NCBI GenBank assembly: GCA_023653095.1
Contig: JAMNXP010000004.1
Coordinates: 64,772-128,771, forward strand
Direction of reading: 5' to 3'
Length of the DNA stretch: 64,000 nt
Origin: Bacteroidia bacterium
Lineage (GTDB): Bacteria > Bacteroidota > Bacteroidia > NS11-12g > UBA955
The notes beneath the pieces were generated by a model. That model made no database searches. It had not been told where the DNA came from and saw only the letters and a program-made list of their open reading frames with translations. Every line of letters begins with the position of its first letter. Position 1 is the first letter of the stretch. This document shows positions 41,545 through 52,287 of the stretch, piece after piece. A program made the position numbers and the translations under genes.

Positions 41545-44500
41545 TTAGAAGGTCAAATTGATGTTCACACCATATCTTCTCATAGTTGGACTCTGAAGAG
41601 CTGAATAACCTGTCATTCCAGGGAACTGATCTAAGTCAAGATCATGCAAACCTTTAGCGAAGTAAATTAAATTTCTTCCCACCAAAGAAACAGATGCTCC
41701 TTTGAAAGTCTTACCCATCATACTTGAAGGAATGTTATAAGTGATGGTCAACTCACGCAACTTCATGTAATCTTTCTTCATGATATTCGCTTCAAACTGA
41801 CCATAATAACGACTGATATAATCTTGTAAATAGGTTTGAGTTTCATTATTCTTGAACGCCAATTCTTCGTAATTGGTAATTTCACCCGTAATTGGGTCAT
41901 ACTTGATGCTACCAGAAGCAACTTGTACACCTTCACCCAACCAAGTTTTTTCTCCACGAGTATCTGCTTCACGAGCGTTTGCCATTGAATTGCCATTGGC
42001 ATCGGTTAAATTATCTTGAACAGTCTCAATGTGACGACCACCACGGAAAGTTTGACGTTGAATTTGGTTTACAACCAATCCGCCAATTCTACCGTCAAAT
42101 TGCAATCCCACCGTAAAATTCTTGTAGGTAAACTGGTTGTAAAAACCAATCACTAAGTCAGGCAATGTATAACCTTGGAACTGACCTTTAGGCAATACAA
42201 TTGGTCTTCCACCCGCATCATTTATCAAATTACCATCTTTATCGCGAGCAAAACCATTTGTGTATAAAGCATCAATACGGTCACCAACCTTCAAGAAACG
42301 GTTACTTGAGTTATCACTTACAAAGTAGTTCGCTGAAATTTGATTTACATCACCATATACGGCTGTTAAGAATTCTCTGTAACGAGACAAATTCAACATA
42401 CTGTTCCAAGCTAAAGAACCCTGTTTACGAGCCTTGATTACATCTCCTTTGAAACTTACTTCCCAACCTTTACGTTGAGTTTCAATTCCGTTAACCACTT
42501 GGTTGGTGTAACCAGTTGCTTCAGAAATTGTACGAGAGAAAATACCTGGACCGTCATTGTAAACATAATAAGTTGCTTCAACGCTCAATCTATTGTTGAA
42601 CATACGAGCCTCAGTTCCAAATTCAAAGTCTACACGCTCAAATGGAGCCAAACTTGCGTTAGGCAACACGTTGGTGTAGTTGGCAGAAGGCTTTCCATTG
42701 TATAATAAAGGCGTATTGTAGATACCAGAATTCACATACGCAGGACCGTCGTAGGGCGTAGAGTAATTTGACCCATAACCCAAAGTACTACCCGCTTGAG
42801 AAACCAATGGAGTAGTCAAACCACCTTTTACTTGTGCAAAAGAAGCACGGAACTTCAAGAAATTCAATGTCTTTGACTTTAAATTGGTGAATAATTCGGT
42901 TGGTAAGAATGATAAAGAAGCAGATGGATAAATAAATGAATTGTTGTCAGCAGGCATGGTAGAAAGTTGGTCCATACGGGCACCTAAGTTTACAAAGATG
43001 TACTTATAACCTACGTCAGCTAAAGCATATAATGAGTTAACAGCCATGCTCGAATTGAAGTTGAAAGATCTAACAGGGTTAGCGCTATTAGCAAAGTTGT
43101 AAACTTCAGGAACGTTCAAATAGTCTGTAGTTGTCCAGCTACTGGTGTAATTAAAATCACGACGGTTACCTCCAAAAGAAGCGTGAATGTCTAAATCACG
43201 ACGTTTTTTAGTGTAATTAAATAAAAACTCGTTGTTCATTTCGAACATTGCTCTTCTGTCTTCGCGGTAATCACCTCTGTTCTCTTCTCTACCATATGGG
43301 TGAGCACTGAAAGGCATTTTTTCTGTGCGCAATACATCATAAGTAGTTGCAGATGATCTAACCATCAAGTTCAAATCTTTGGTAATATCATAGTCAAAAC
43401 TAGTATACCCATAAAGATCGTTCTTATAATGTCCGCGTAACCACTTGTATGCTACGAACCAGGGGTTCTGATAACGCTTGTACTCAGAGTGAACAGATTG
43501 AACACCTTCTTTACCAGGCTGCCAAATTCCGCGAATGTCATCTGACATCACATCCCAATCAGCTCCTTGCCAAATTACAATGTTATAAATTAGAGAGTTT
43601 GGACCGTAAACTACATCATTGATGTTATCTGTTGCTTGACGGTTGTAGTTAACCGTTGCATTCATTCTGAATCTATCAGAAAAACGAACGGTATTTGATA
43701 TATTGAAGGTATTGCTTGATAAACCAGTATTTGGAACAATACCTTGTTGATTCAAATTACTGAAAGAGAAACGAATATCAACCTTATCTGTAGATGAAGC
43801 AATGCTAAAGTTATTGGTATTTAAAATTCCAGGTTGTAGAAATCTCTGTAAGTTATTCTTTCCGCGAGCTACAAAAGGAGTCGGGGTACGCTGACCAGTA
43901 ACAGGATCAATAGGACTATCGTATTGAGCCAATAATTGACCGTTTAACTTTGGACCCCAAACATCATAGTCGCCGTCATTAGTTCCACCGCCTAATCCGT
44001 CAACAAATGAATAGTTACCGTGGTCACCAGGTCCGTATTCATCCTGAACCTTTGGAATGGTTAAAAATCCATTTTCAATCATAGTAGATGAGTTAAAATC
44101 TACTGAAATACCGCCCTTGGTTCCTTTTTTAGTAGTGATAACAATAGCGCCATTTTGTCCTCTGTAACCGTAAAGTGCAGCAGCAGCCGGACCCATCAAA
44201 ACAGAAACTTTCTCGATGTCATCAGGTGATAAGTTGTAAGCATCAGAGTTGATCGGAATACCATCTACTACATAAAGAACTGATTGACCTCTTCTGATAT
44301 CACTTCCACGAAGTACCACTTGAGAAGTACCTAACAATTCGGCGCTTTGCCCTATGGTCAAACCTGCCACTTTACCCACCATGTTATCTAACACGTTGGT
44401 CTCTCTTGCTTTGACTAAGGATGCACCTTTAATTTCAGAAACGGCAAAACCTAGTTTCTTTTTGTCTTTCTTGATTCCTAGCGCTGTAACTACTACCTCT

Positions 44501-44619
44501 CCAACATTTGCCGTGTCAGAATCTGTAGCTGTTACTTGAGCATAGACACTGTTCGATGCAACTGCCATGGCTACACACGAAATCAGTGTTTTGGTTTGTA
44601 ACAAATAATTTGGTTTCAT
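41545..44619 (-). CDS. SusC/RagA family TonB-linked outer-membrane protein
   Basis: VVVTALGIKKDKKKLGFAVSEI signature, plug domain, large barrel, and C-terminal YGVNINLTF. Start at ATG 44619. Confidence 0.9.
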   Translation of the reverse strand: MKPNYLLQTKTLISCVAMAVASNSVYAQVTATDSDTANVGEVVVTALGIKKDKKKLGFAVSEIKGASLVKARETNVLDNMVGKVAGLTIGQSAELLGTSQVVLRGSDIRRGQSVLYVVDGIPINSDAYNLSPDDIEKVSVLMGPAAAALYGYRGQNGAIVITTKKGTKGGISVDFNSSTMIENGFLTIPKVQDEYGPGDHGNYSFVDGLGGGTNDGDYDVWGPKLNGQLLAQYDSPIDPVTGQRTPTPFVARGKNNLQRFLQPGILNTNNFSIASSTDKVDIRFSFSNLNQQGIVPNTGLSSNTFNISNTVRFSDRFRMNATVNYNRQATDNINDVVYGPNSLIYNIVIWQGADWDVMSDDIRGIWQPGKEGVQSVHSEYKRYQNPWFVAYKWLRGHYKNDLYGYTSFDYDITKDLNLMVRSSATTYDVLRTEKMPFSAHPYGREENRGDYREDRRAMFEMNNEFLFNYTKKRRDLDIHASFGGNRRDFNYTSSWTTTDYLNVPEVYNFANSANPVRSFNFNSSMAVNSLYALADVGYKYIFVNLGARMDQLSTMPADNNSFIYPSASLSFLPTELFTNLKSKTLNFLKFRASFAQVKGGLTTPLVSQAGSTLGYGSNYSTPYDGPAYVNSGIYNTPLLYNGKPSANYTNVLPNASLAPFERVDFEFGTEARMFNNRLSVEATYYVYNDGPGIFSRTISEATGYTNQVVNGIETQRKGWEVSFKGDVIKARKQGSLAWNSMLNLSRYREFLTAVYGDVNQISANYFVSDNSSNRFLKVGDRIDALYTNGFARDKDGNLINDAGGRPIVLPKGQFQGYTLPDLVIGFYNQFTYKNFTVGLQFDGRIGGLVVNQIQRQTFRGGRHIETVQDNLTDANGNSMANAREADTRGEKTWLGEGVQVASGSIKYDPITGEITNYEELAFKNNETQTYLQDYISRYYGQFEANIMKKDYMKLRELTITYNIPSSMMGKTFKGASVSLVGRNLIYFAKGLHDLDLDQFPGMTGYSALQSPTMRRYGVNINLTF

Positions 44620-44799
44620 TTGGTTGAGTTTGTTTTTCAAATCAACCACCCCAATGTTACGATAAGCGACCTTAAATATTATCCAATAATAAACAACAAA
44701 AAATTAATATCGAACCCTATAATTTGAATTTATTAAATATAATTAATCATATATTTAATTATATATCAATATTTTAAGAATTTATATATAAAATTAAAA

Positions 44800-46869
44800 T
44801 TAAAATTGAATCATCAAATTAATACTCCTACCAGGCATCAAAACACCACTTCCATGTACCTTAACAATTTCATTACTTATATTTTGTACACCAGTAGCAA
44901 TTCGGACATTGTTAAGTAAAAATTCTAACCCAAAATCTAACTGAATAAAACCAGCCGTACCGTGTGTACCAATTCTATTGTCAGAGATATCTCCAGCTGC
45001 CAATCTTCTTTGAAAACTCGAAGCTAAATACCGAATAAAAATCCGGTTTTGTTGTTTTTTCCCGTAAAGGTAATTCATTTGAATCAACCCATTAATAGGT
45101 GGAATTCTTCGCATAGGCTCAACCTTTGTCAAATTGTCTCCTATGGCTTGCGAATAACCTGCTTTTATGTGCAAATTAGAACTAATGCTAATTTCCGTAT
45201 AACACTCAGCCCCTTGAATGATAGCCCTCTCAACGTTCTCTTTTTTATACACTTGATAGCCCTGAATTGAATCGGTTCCCACCTTTACCCGTGCAATTAC
45301 ATTGTATAGATAATTCTGATAAACTGAAAAATTGAACTTAATAAAATCAGAACTCCATTTTAATCCAATCTCGTGGTTGTTTGAATACTCAGGTTTCAAA
45401 TCAAATTGCGGAATTTCATACCTAAAATCAACAATGCCTAAGGTTCCCAAATCGTCAATATTAGGTGCCCTAAAACTTCCAGAGTAATTACCAAACAACC
45501 TCAATTTACTCAGCAAATTCGAGGAATTCCTTGAAATTGCCGATGATATACCTATTGTATGAACAAGAGCCCAATTACGATCTCTTATCAATCCAAGATC
45601 TTTTTCAGAAACTTCAGTTTGTGTTGATTGAAAGCGACTACCCAAAGTTATATCAACCCATTTAAAATCTCCTTTTGCCATCAAATAAACCCCTTGTTGC
45701 AACATCATTGAATTATCTGGGTATAAACCACGCTTCAATTCTTGAGCACCGGAAGAAACATTGGTTAAAATTCTTGACGAGCCCACCTTATCGTAGTATG
45801 CCTCATATCCTGAATTAATTAACCAGAATTTTCTAAATCGATGATTCAACTCCGTTAGAAAAAATCCGGTATTAACCTCGTCTTTTTCATTAGATGTTGT
45901 CAACGAAAGGTTTTTCCTTGCAGATCTTTCTTCCAAAGTATGTATAACACCCGTTGTGAACTTCAAATTAGTTCTATTACCCAATTCAAGGAACCTGCGA
46001 GCATAGGCCAAATTCCGAGCTTGAAGATCCATTTGGTTTACTTCGAAATTCTCTAAGGCCACTTTGTGATAAACAGGAACATTAAATTGTTGATTGCTTT
46101 GATAAGCAAACTCCCATTCTCCATTGGTGGCCTTTAAACGCAATTTTAAATCCCCGTTAAATTCCTCATACCCTGTGGGATTCTGACGACCCACATTTCC
46201 CCCACCAACAAGATCTCCAAAGTGCCTAAAAGTAATACCAGCGGTAACAGCAACTTTATTGCTTGCTGCGTCTAGGTATAGTCTTTGGGACCCTTCTATT
46301 GTTGGGGACATGAATCGTGTAATGCCGCCTACCTTAGTTACTTTAAATTTGCCAGGTTCAGAATTAGAGACCGAACTAGAGAATTCTGGCCTTCGATAAT
46401 AAACAACCAAAGCTCCACCTATAGCATCGCTCCCATATTGTACACTGCCTGTTCCCAGAGCAAGATCCACCTGTGAAATTGCAAAACCATCTAAGGTATT
46501 TAAATATTGATTAGGACCATATCTGAATGTACTGTTGTTCATTCGGATGCCATCCACAAGAGTAAGAATCTGATTTCCCGTTACACCTCTCAAATAAGGC
46601 GACCCACCTCCATGATTGGTTTTCTGAACTTGTATTCCCGGTATCTCGGCCAAAGATTCTGGCAAGGTCCTATGAAAAGTCCCTGTTACTGGTTTTTTTA
46701 AAGCATAACATGTAAATGACGACTTTTGCGCGCCTTCACCTGCTCTGAAAGCAACATGAACCGTATCAATTAACGAAGTCAGATCTTCAACATTATTAGC
46801 CGATTGCTGAGTTTGGGCCACCAATATCGAAGGCAGAAAAATAAATCCCAAGAAAAACCTAATGAACAT
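44800..46869 (-). CDS. TonB-dependent receptor
   Basis: Signal peptide, plug motifs (RGVTGNQILTLVDGIRMNN, GSDAIGGALVV) and C-terminal barrel ending in F. Confidence 0.85.
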   Translation of the reverse strand: MFIRFFLGFIFLPSILVAQTQQSANNVEDLTSLIDTVHVAFRAGEGAQKSSFTCYALKKPVTGTFHRTLPESLAEIPGIQVQKTNHGGGSPYLRGVTGNQILTLVDGIRMNNSTFRYGPNQYLNTLDGFAISQVDLALGTGSVQYGSDAIGGALVVYYRRPEFSSSVSNSEPGKFKVTKVGGITRFMSPTIEGSQRLYLDAASNKVAVTAGITFRHFGDLVGGGNVGRQNPTGYEEFNGDLKLRLKATNGEWEFAYQSNQQFNVPVYHKVALENFEVNQMDLQARNLAYARRFLELGNRTNLKFTTGVIHTLEERSARKNLSLTTSNEKDEVNTGFFLTELNHRFRKFWLINSGYEAYYDKVGSSRILTNVSSGAQELKRGLYPDNSMMLQQGVYLMAKGDFKWVDITLGSRFQSTQTEVSEKDLGLIRDRNWALVHTIGISSAISRNSSNLLSKLRLFGNYSGSFRAPNIDDLGTLGIVDFRYEIPQFDLKPEYSNNHEIGLKWSSDFIKFNFSVYQNYLYNVIARVKVGTDSIQGYQVYKKENVERAIIQGAECYTEISISSNLHIKAGYSQAIGDNLTKVEPMRRIPPINGLIQMNYLYGKKQQNRIFIRYLASSFQRRLAAGDISDNRIGTHGTAGFIQLDFGLEFLLNNVRIATGVQNISNEIVKVHGSGVLMPGRSINLMIQF

Positions 46870-46878
46870 CCGTTTAAA

Positions 46879-49329
46879 TTATTCTATAAATGCAGCTCTG
46901 CGTACCGCTGGAACTTCGCTTTTCTCTCCGCGAACGTATTTCCATAGTACCTCATTCATAATGAACTCATCTGCCTCATCTTCTCGGTCTAACTTCAAGA
47001 GATTGCTTCTATCCATCAGGTATGAAGTTGACTTTGGGTTGGTTTCTGAATTGAGTTCATTTAAGTTGATTCTAGCGGGTTCGGATTGAAATCCCCCGGA
47101 AATAAGAGTGTCAGAAAAACAACGCCACATAGAAACAGCTCCGGCATCGTATTGACTCATAGGCGGCATCCCCAAAATCAACTCCATCGTTCTTAACATA
47201 GACGAAGTAGTGTAATGTGTGTGATCTATGAACTTGCGTTTCACAAATCCTCCTGCGACATAAGCAGTAGAACGGTGGGCATCTACGTGATCAGGTCCAT
47301 TTTGAGCATCGTCTTCTAAAATAAATACCGCTGATTCATTCCAAATGGGTGATTTTGATAAATATTCAACGAATAGACCCACAGCTAAATCATTATCAGC
47401 CACATGCGCAAAAGGTGTAGGCCTACCCTTTCTTACACCTTCGGTATGATCATTGATGAATCGCAAAGTACTTAACTGAGGAACAGCATTAATGGCCAAC
47501 AAAGAATCAAAATCACGTTTCCACTGCCAAAATCTCAGACTGTCTTTGATCGATTCATCCCAAGAAGTAAAATACTTGCAAAAATGTCCTTCCAAAACGG
47601 GTATGTTTGGTTTGTAATCATCTGCAAATTCGCCATAAGTTCTATAGGAGATATTCGCTCTTTTAGCGTGATCCCAGATAAACCCTTTATGAGGGTGTGC
47701 AATTTTCCACTGTCCTTCGTAAACATATTCTCCGCCCTTACCACCATAACTCGTGGGCCAGGTTTTTTCGGTGTAGTCATTTGCAATGGCGCCAGTACTC
47801 CAATTGTGACCATCGGCACTTACCTCAGCATCTACATAAAAATTATCCAAAAGCACGAACTCGCGAGCAAGTTTATGTTGATTTGGAGTGATATCGTCCC
47901 CAAAAAGCAACAAACTTGTATCGCCATTTCCTCCTTCAATATCACTCAAAACTTGATCGTAGGTTCTATTCTCTTTTATGATATAAAATACATATTTGAT
48001 GGGTGATTGCTGCCCCAACACCGCTGGAATTGGATTTCCTTTAGGAATCAAGGAATCTGCATTTTCACGAGATTTCCGGTAAGGAATGTTCTCTATACAA
48101 AGGGTGGTACTTGAACGTAAATCTTCCGCCTCATCAATTTCATTTAAGGGTATAATTTGTAAACTGCCCCTGAAGAGTGAACCTATATACTGGACTGGCA
48201 AGGCCTTGATACCTCCTTGATAGGTTACCTGATTTCTTTTTGCTGTTGGATTTGGACCCTTGGGATTTGCAGCAGATGAAACCCCTTTTCCATTGGCAAC
48301 AAACAAACCAGCACCGGCTATATTCACTTGAGTTGGATACCAACCCGTTGGCAAAAAGCCTAAAATCTTAGTCTCAGACCGTTCCCTTACATCAAATACA
48401 GCCAGATTGTTGTTGTCTGCATTTGCTACATATAATCTCCCGTTATTCATACACAAACCATTGGGTGTTGAACCCGTAGGTGCATCGCGTTCAATGGCGG
48501 TATTCAAAATCTCAGAAACTCGACCTTCCTGACCATCATAAATATGCACACTATTATCATTACCACAAGCCACAAAAATCCGATCGGTCAATTGATCATA
48601 TATTAATTCATTGGGATTTGACCCAACTTTCACTCTTTTTGATATCTTCAATGTGGAGGGATTCACTAAAACCAAATTTTCAGATCCCCATTCTGTAAGT
48701 ACCAATTCAGAATTCTTGACAGAAATCGGTTTTCTTGAATCTCGAGGCTTCAACAAAATAGCATAACCCGCAGATTTTAATTTCGCACTAAGGAGTATTT
48801 TCTTAGATTTCAAATCAACGGCATAGATGGATGAATCTTCTTTGGTCACTGTGTACAAAACCTTTTCATCGGCACTTAAAACCATTCCAACAGGAGAAAT
48901 TCTTGTGGGCCAAGGTTTACCCAAAAAAAGAGTATCTATTCTTTCGAGTTTGCCGTTCGAAAATTCAAACTTTTCTATCCAATTATTATTACCGCCACTT
49001 ACAAACAAATGATTGCCCGCGTTATTAAAACACATTCCATAAAAGGTTTTATTTACAGGCATACTATCAACAACTTGGTGCGAAAGCGCATCTATAACCA
49101 TGATTGAATGATCACTTTGTCCGGCATTTTGCACTAAGATCCATTTCTGTGATGGATGCACCAACATCTTGAGCGGTAAATCTCCCACCCTCACTTGCTT
49201 TCCTATGGGCGACAAACTCCAACCGTTGGGTAGTTCTACTTTGGTTGGACGTAAATTCGTTTGACCCAAGAGCGATGACAACAACGACATCACAAACGTT
49301 AGGGCAAGGACTATTTTTGGATTTCTCAT
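46879..49329 (-). CDS. beta-propeller (YncE/YVTN-like) + phosphoesterase (PLC/AcpA family) fusion protein, paralog 1
   Basis: Signal peptide. N-terminal half has repeated propeller blades. C-terminal half begins YVFYIIKENRTYDQVL (phosphoesterase family signature) and carries DAHRS. Confidence 0.75.
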   Translation of the reverse strand: MRNPKIVLALTFVMSLLSSLLGQTNLRPTKVELPNGWSLSPIGKQVRVGDLPLKMLVHPSQKWILVQNAGQSDHSIMVIDALSHQVVDSMPVNKTFYGMCFNNAGNHLFVSGGNNNWIEKFEFSNGKLERIDTLFLGKPWPTRISPVGMVLSADEKVLYTVTKEDSSIYAVDLKSKKILLSAKLKSAGYAILLKPRDSRKPISVKNSELVLTEWGSENLVLVNPSTLKISKRVKVGSNPNELIYDQLTDRIFVACGNDNSVHIYDGQEGRVSEILNTAIERDAPTGSTPNGLCMNNGRLYVANADNNNLAVFDVRERSETKILGFLPTGWYPTQVNIAGAGLFVANGKGVSSAANPKGPNPTAKRNQVTYQGGIKALPVQYIGSLFRGSLQIIPLNEIDEAEDLRSSTTLCIENIPYRKSRENADSLIPKGNPIPAVLGQQSPIKYVFYIIKENRTYDQVLSDIEGGNGDTSLLLFGDDITPNQHKLAREFVLLDNFYVDAEVSADGHNWSTGAIANDYTEKTWPTSYGGKGGEYVYEGQWKIAHPHKGFIWDHAKRANISYRTYGEFADDYKPNIPVLEGHFCKYFTSWDESIKDSLRFWQWKRDFDSLLAINAVPQLSTLRFINDHTEGVRKGRPTPFAHVADNDLAVGLFVEYLSKSPIWNESAVFILEDDAQNGPDHVDAHRSTAYVAGGFVKRKFIDHTHYTTSSMLRTMELILGMPPMSQYDAGAVSMWRCFSDTLISGGFQSEPARINLNELNSETNPKSTSYLMDRSNLLKLDREDEADEFIMNEVLWKYVRGEKSEVPAVRRAAFIE

Positions 49330-49330
49330 T

Positions 49331-52141
49331 TTATTTTTGTATATTAATAAATCTTTCATCATCCATGGGTTCACTCATTTGAATTTCCCTCCAAGGTATG
49401 TTTCGGTTGTATTTTTTGATGGCTACATTTGGATCAAATATGCGGGTATCGCTCTTCTCCAAATGATAAGATGTAAAATCAGGTTTATCTGTAAAAAAGT
49501 CCCCCAATAAAGTAGAAGTTAGGTCAAACTGATTGACCGGATTGATACCCAAAAGGGTATACATGGTTTTCAATATAGACCCAAAGTTTGCATGAGTTTT
49601 TGATACATATCCTCTCTTTACATAAGGTCCTGCCATCATCAATATACTTCGATGTGCATCTATATGATCTACACCGCCCTGTGGGTCATCTTCAGTCACA
49701 ATGACCAACATATTTTTCCAATATGGAGTATTTGATAAAAACTGCAGCATCCTACCCAATGCCAAGTCATTGTCAGCAACATATGAATGCACAAATGGAT
49801 ATCCGTCTTGGGGCCTAGGACCTGTGGTATGATCATTGGGCAATTGAATGGTAATCACCTGCGGCATGGTGTCTTTTCCCGACAACCATTTCTCAGTAAA
49901 TTCCTCTTCAAATTGCTCTACCCTGAACTGATCAGGAATGTTCATATTGTAACCTGCATATTTTCTCGAAGTAGAAGGATAAATAGCCGAAGGCATGGGG
50001 TATGCAACAGGCATAGCCGTTCCATTCGCTGTGTCATACCACTCCTCTTGTACGTCAGTATACTCATTGGCTTCCCCGAAATTATATACCGATACATTAT
50101 GGCGCTTCAAAGCTTCCCAAAATCCACCTATCTCATTGTAATCTTCTGGATCCTGTGCACCAGTTGTTCTAGGGAAGATTCTTCCAGGTGCCGGAGAAAA
50201 TATCCTGTAAGAACCTGAATTCGCTGAATTGGTCTCAACATACTCATTGGGAATGGTGCCCATCATCCAATGGTGCCCATGAATTGAAGCGTCGCTGTCG
50301 CAATAAAAATTATCTGACAATGAAAAGGTAGTCGCAATTTTCTTGTGATTGGGAGTTATTCTCACTTTCTCAGCATTTAGTAAAGCCTTCAGCATCAAGG
50401 TATCTAAACCGTACTTCTTCAAAAGCAAATTGAATTCTTCCGCTTTGAGAGGATTATCACTCAATAAAGACAATTTTTCTAACACGTCTTTTCGAATTAC
50501 CTGCTCACAATCCACACCAAATCTGGCCAACGTAGAATCACCCTTAACTTGAGATAACTGACCAAAAACCTCATCAAAAGTTCTATTTTCCTTGGTTATG
50601 TAAACTACATGTGCAATGGGTGAATTTCCCTTTTTTAACCAATTAGCTGATTTAAGTTGATTACTATCTAATTCACTGGTTTTTTTAAACGTATTTCGGA
50701 GGCAAATCTCACTGCCTTCTTCCCATTGTGCTTGACTTGTTAGAGAAATTCTTTGCAACAAACCCAATTGTATGTCACCCACATAGGTTCCTTGTGCCGG
50801 AGCTTTGAATCCCATGCCACCATTAGGCCCTGCTCCATATCCCCTAGCAGAGGTCACCAATATTTGATTCTTAACTCCTAAATATTTCACTCTCGTAGCA
50901 CCCCAACCTGAAGGTAAAAAACCCAATACCTTTCTTGTATCAAGATTAATACAAGCCACTGCGTTGTATCCCAATAAAGCCACGAATAATTGTTTGTTTT
51001 TGCGATCTACATCTAATCCGTAGGGGAAGTATCCTCTAACACCATCCAAAACTGAACCCGTTTGGATCGATATATGTTCTATCACCTTACGCTTCTTGAG
51101 ATCAATCACGGCAATTTTATCGTTTTGAGTTAATGACACGTAAGCATAACCACCATAACATACCAAGGAACTAGGGTGAGACCCACCCACAATTTCAGCA
51201 TCTTCAACCATCTCCCCAATTCTATGACCGGTTTTGATTGTTTCAATCAAACTGTTTTTCTTGATATCTATCATAGAAACCGTCATCGATTCCATATTAT
51301 CTGCTGCACCGAGCCCCGGAATTTTACGGCCATTCACCCATACGCCAGTATCAGATTCTGAAGTATGAGCACCATAGGGCGGAAAATGCAAATAGGCACT
51401 ATCCTTGTTGGTTGGAGTCACCCCAGGAACAAGCGAATATTGATAGACCCCTACATTGGAAAACAACACGTATTTGCCATCTTCTGATATGGTCAACCCG
51501 AAAGGAATTCGGCCAGTTGGAAAGGACTTCAATAACTTTTTACTTTTCAATTTGATTCGATACACCGATTTCCAAGCTCTATCCAACACCCACAATTCAT
51601 TTCTTTTTGCATCAAGTGCTATATCGGTTATAAAAGCTTCTTTTGGTGTATCGGGATGAAAACTGCCAACATCAATAGAGTCAACTACTTTTTTCAATTC
51701 GCAATCAAAGAACCAAAGCATCCCTTTATCACCGCCTCCAATCACCGCCGTTTTATTGTCTGGTAAGAACTGAATTCCAATAAAGGTTGCATTTCTTACC
51801 ACATCCAAACCTGAACCATCAAACTCAGGGAAACGCTGAATATTCAAAGAATCTTTTGATAAATCTACTAAACTGATAGCGTTACTGTGAGCTATAATTG
51901 CCCAATGTTCATCTGCCGAAACGGCTAAACCGTAGGGAGCTCTTGTAATACTTTTACACTCTCCAGACGGAGAAACCCATCTACCTGATGGGAGTACTGA
52001 AATACCATTGGGATTTATCTCGCAATATTGATTCTTTCCGGGGACTTCAATACCATTTTGAGCCTCAATACCCTCATTGACCATAAAACAAGCCACCAAA
52101 AAACTAAAATTCCAAATCTTAAGAATCAGTCTAATTACCAT
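49331..52141 (-). CDS. beta-propeller + phosphoesterase fusion protein, paralog 2
   Basis: Same architecture as paralog 1 (VVYITKENRTFDEVF, VDHIDAHRS). Its stop lies 1 nt from the start of paralog 1. Confidence 0.75.
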   Translation of the reverse strand: MVIRLILKIWNFSFLVACFMVNEGIEAQNGIEVPGKNQYCEINPNGISVLPSGRWVSPSGECKSITRAPYGLAVSADEHWAIIAHSNAISLVDLSKDSLNIQRFPEFDGSGLDVVRNATFIGIQFLPDNKTAVIGGGDKGMLWFFDCELKKVVDSIDVGSFHPDTPKEAFITDIALDAKRNELWVLDRAWKSVYRIKLKSKKLLKSFPTGRIPFGLTISEDGKYVLFSNVGVYQYSLVPGVTPTNKDSAYLHFPPYGAHTSESDTGVWVNGRKIPGLGAADNMESMTVSMIDIKKNSLIETIKTGHRIGEMVEDAEIVGGSHPSSLVCYGGYAYVSLTQNDKIAVIDLKKRKVIEHISIQTGSVLDGVRGYFPYGLDVDRKNKQLFVALLGYNAVACINLDTRKVLGFLPSGWGATRVKYLGVKNQILVTSARGYGAGPNGGMGFKAPAQGTYVGDIQLGLLQRISLTSQAQWEEGSEICLRNTFKKTSELDSNQLKSANWLKKGNSPIAHVVYITKENRTFDEVFGQLSQVKGDSTLARFGVDCEQVIRKDVLEKLSLLSDNPLKAEEFNLLLKKYGLDTLMLKALLNAEKVRITPNHKKIATTFSLSDNFYCDSDASIHGHHWMMGTIPNEYVETNSANSGSYRIFSPAPGRIFPRTTGAQDPEDYNEIGGFWEALKRHNVSVYNFGEANEYTDVQEEWYDTANGTAMPVAYPMPSAIYPSTSRKYAGYNMNIPDQFRVEQFEEEFTEKWLSGKDTMPQVITIQLPNDHTTGPRPQDGYPFVHSYVADNDLALGRMLQFLSNTPYWKNMLVIVTEDDPQGGVDHIDAHRSILMMAGPYVKRGYVSKTHANFGSILKTMYTLLGINPVNQFDLTSTLLGDFFTDKPDFTSYHLEKSDTRIFDPNVAIKKYNRNIPWREIQMSEPMDDERFINIQK

Positions 52142-52287
52142 CTCTCAATAATCCGAATTGAATTAAAACTAGTTGTTTCGCTGATTATAAGTAATTGTTA
52201 GGTTAAATACCTGTAGTTAACATTCCACTAATAGAAAAAAGGTAAAATAACATATAGATTAAAGAAATAGTCCTATTTTCGCTCACT

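Noticed and set aside
44650-44799. 150-nt extremely AT-rich gap upstream of susC with partial palindromes (TTAAATATAATTAA / TTAATTATAT)
   Set aside because: This is probably the promoter/operator region, but the sequence is low complexity. I could not define a convincing repeat or a -33/-7 pair by eye.
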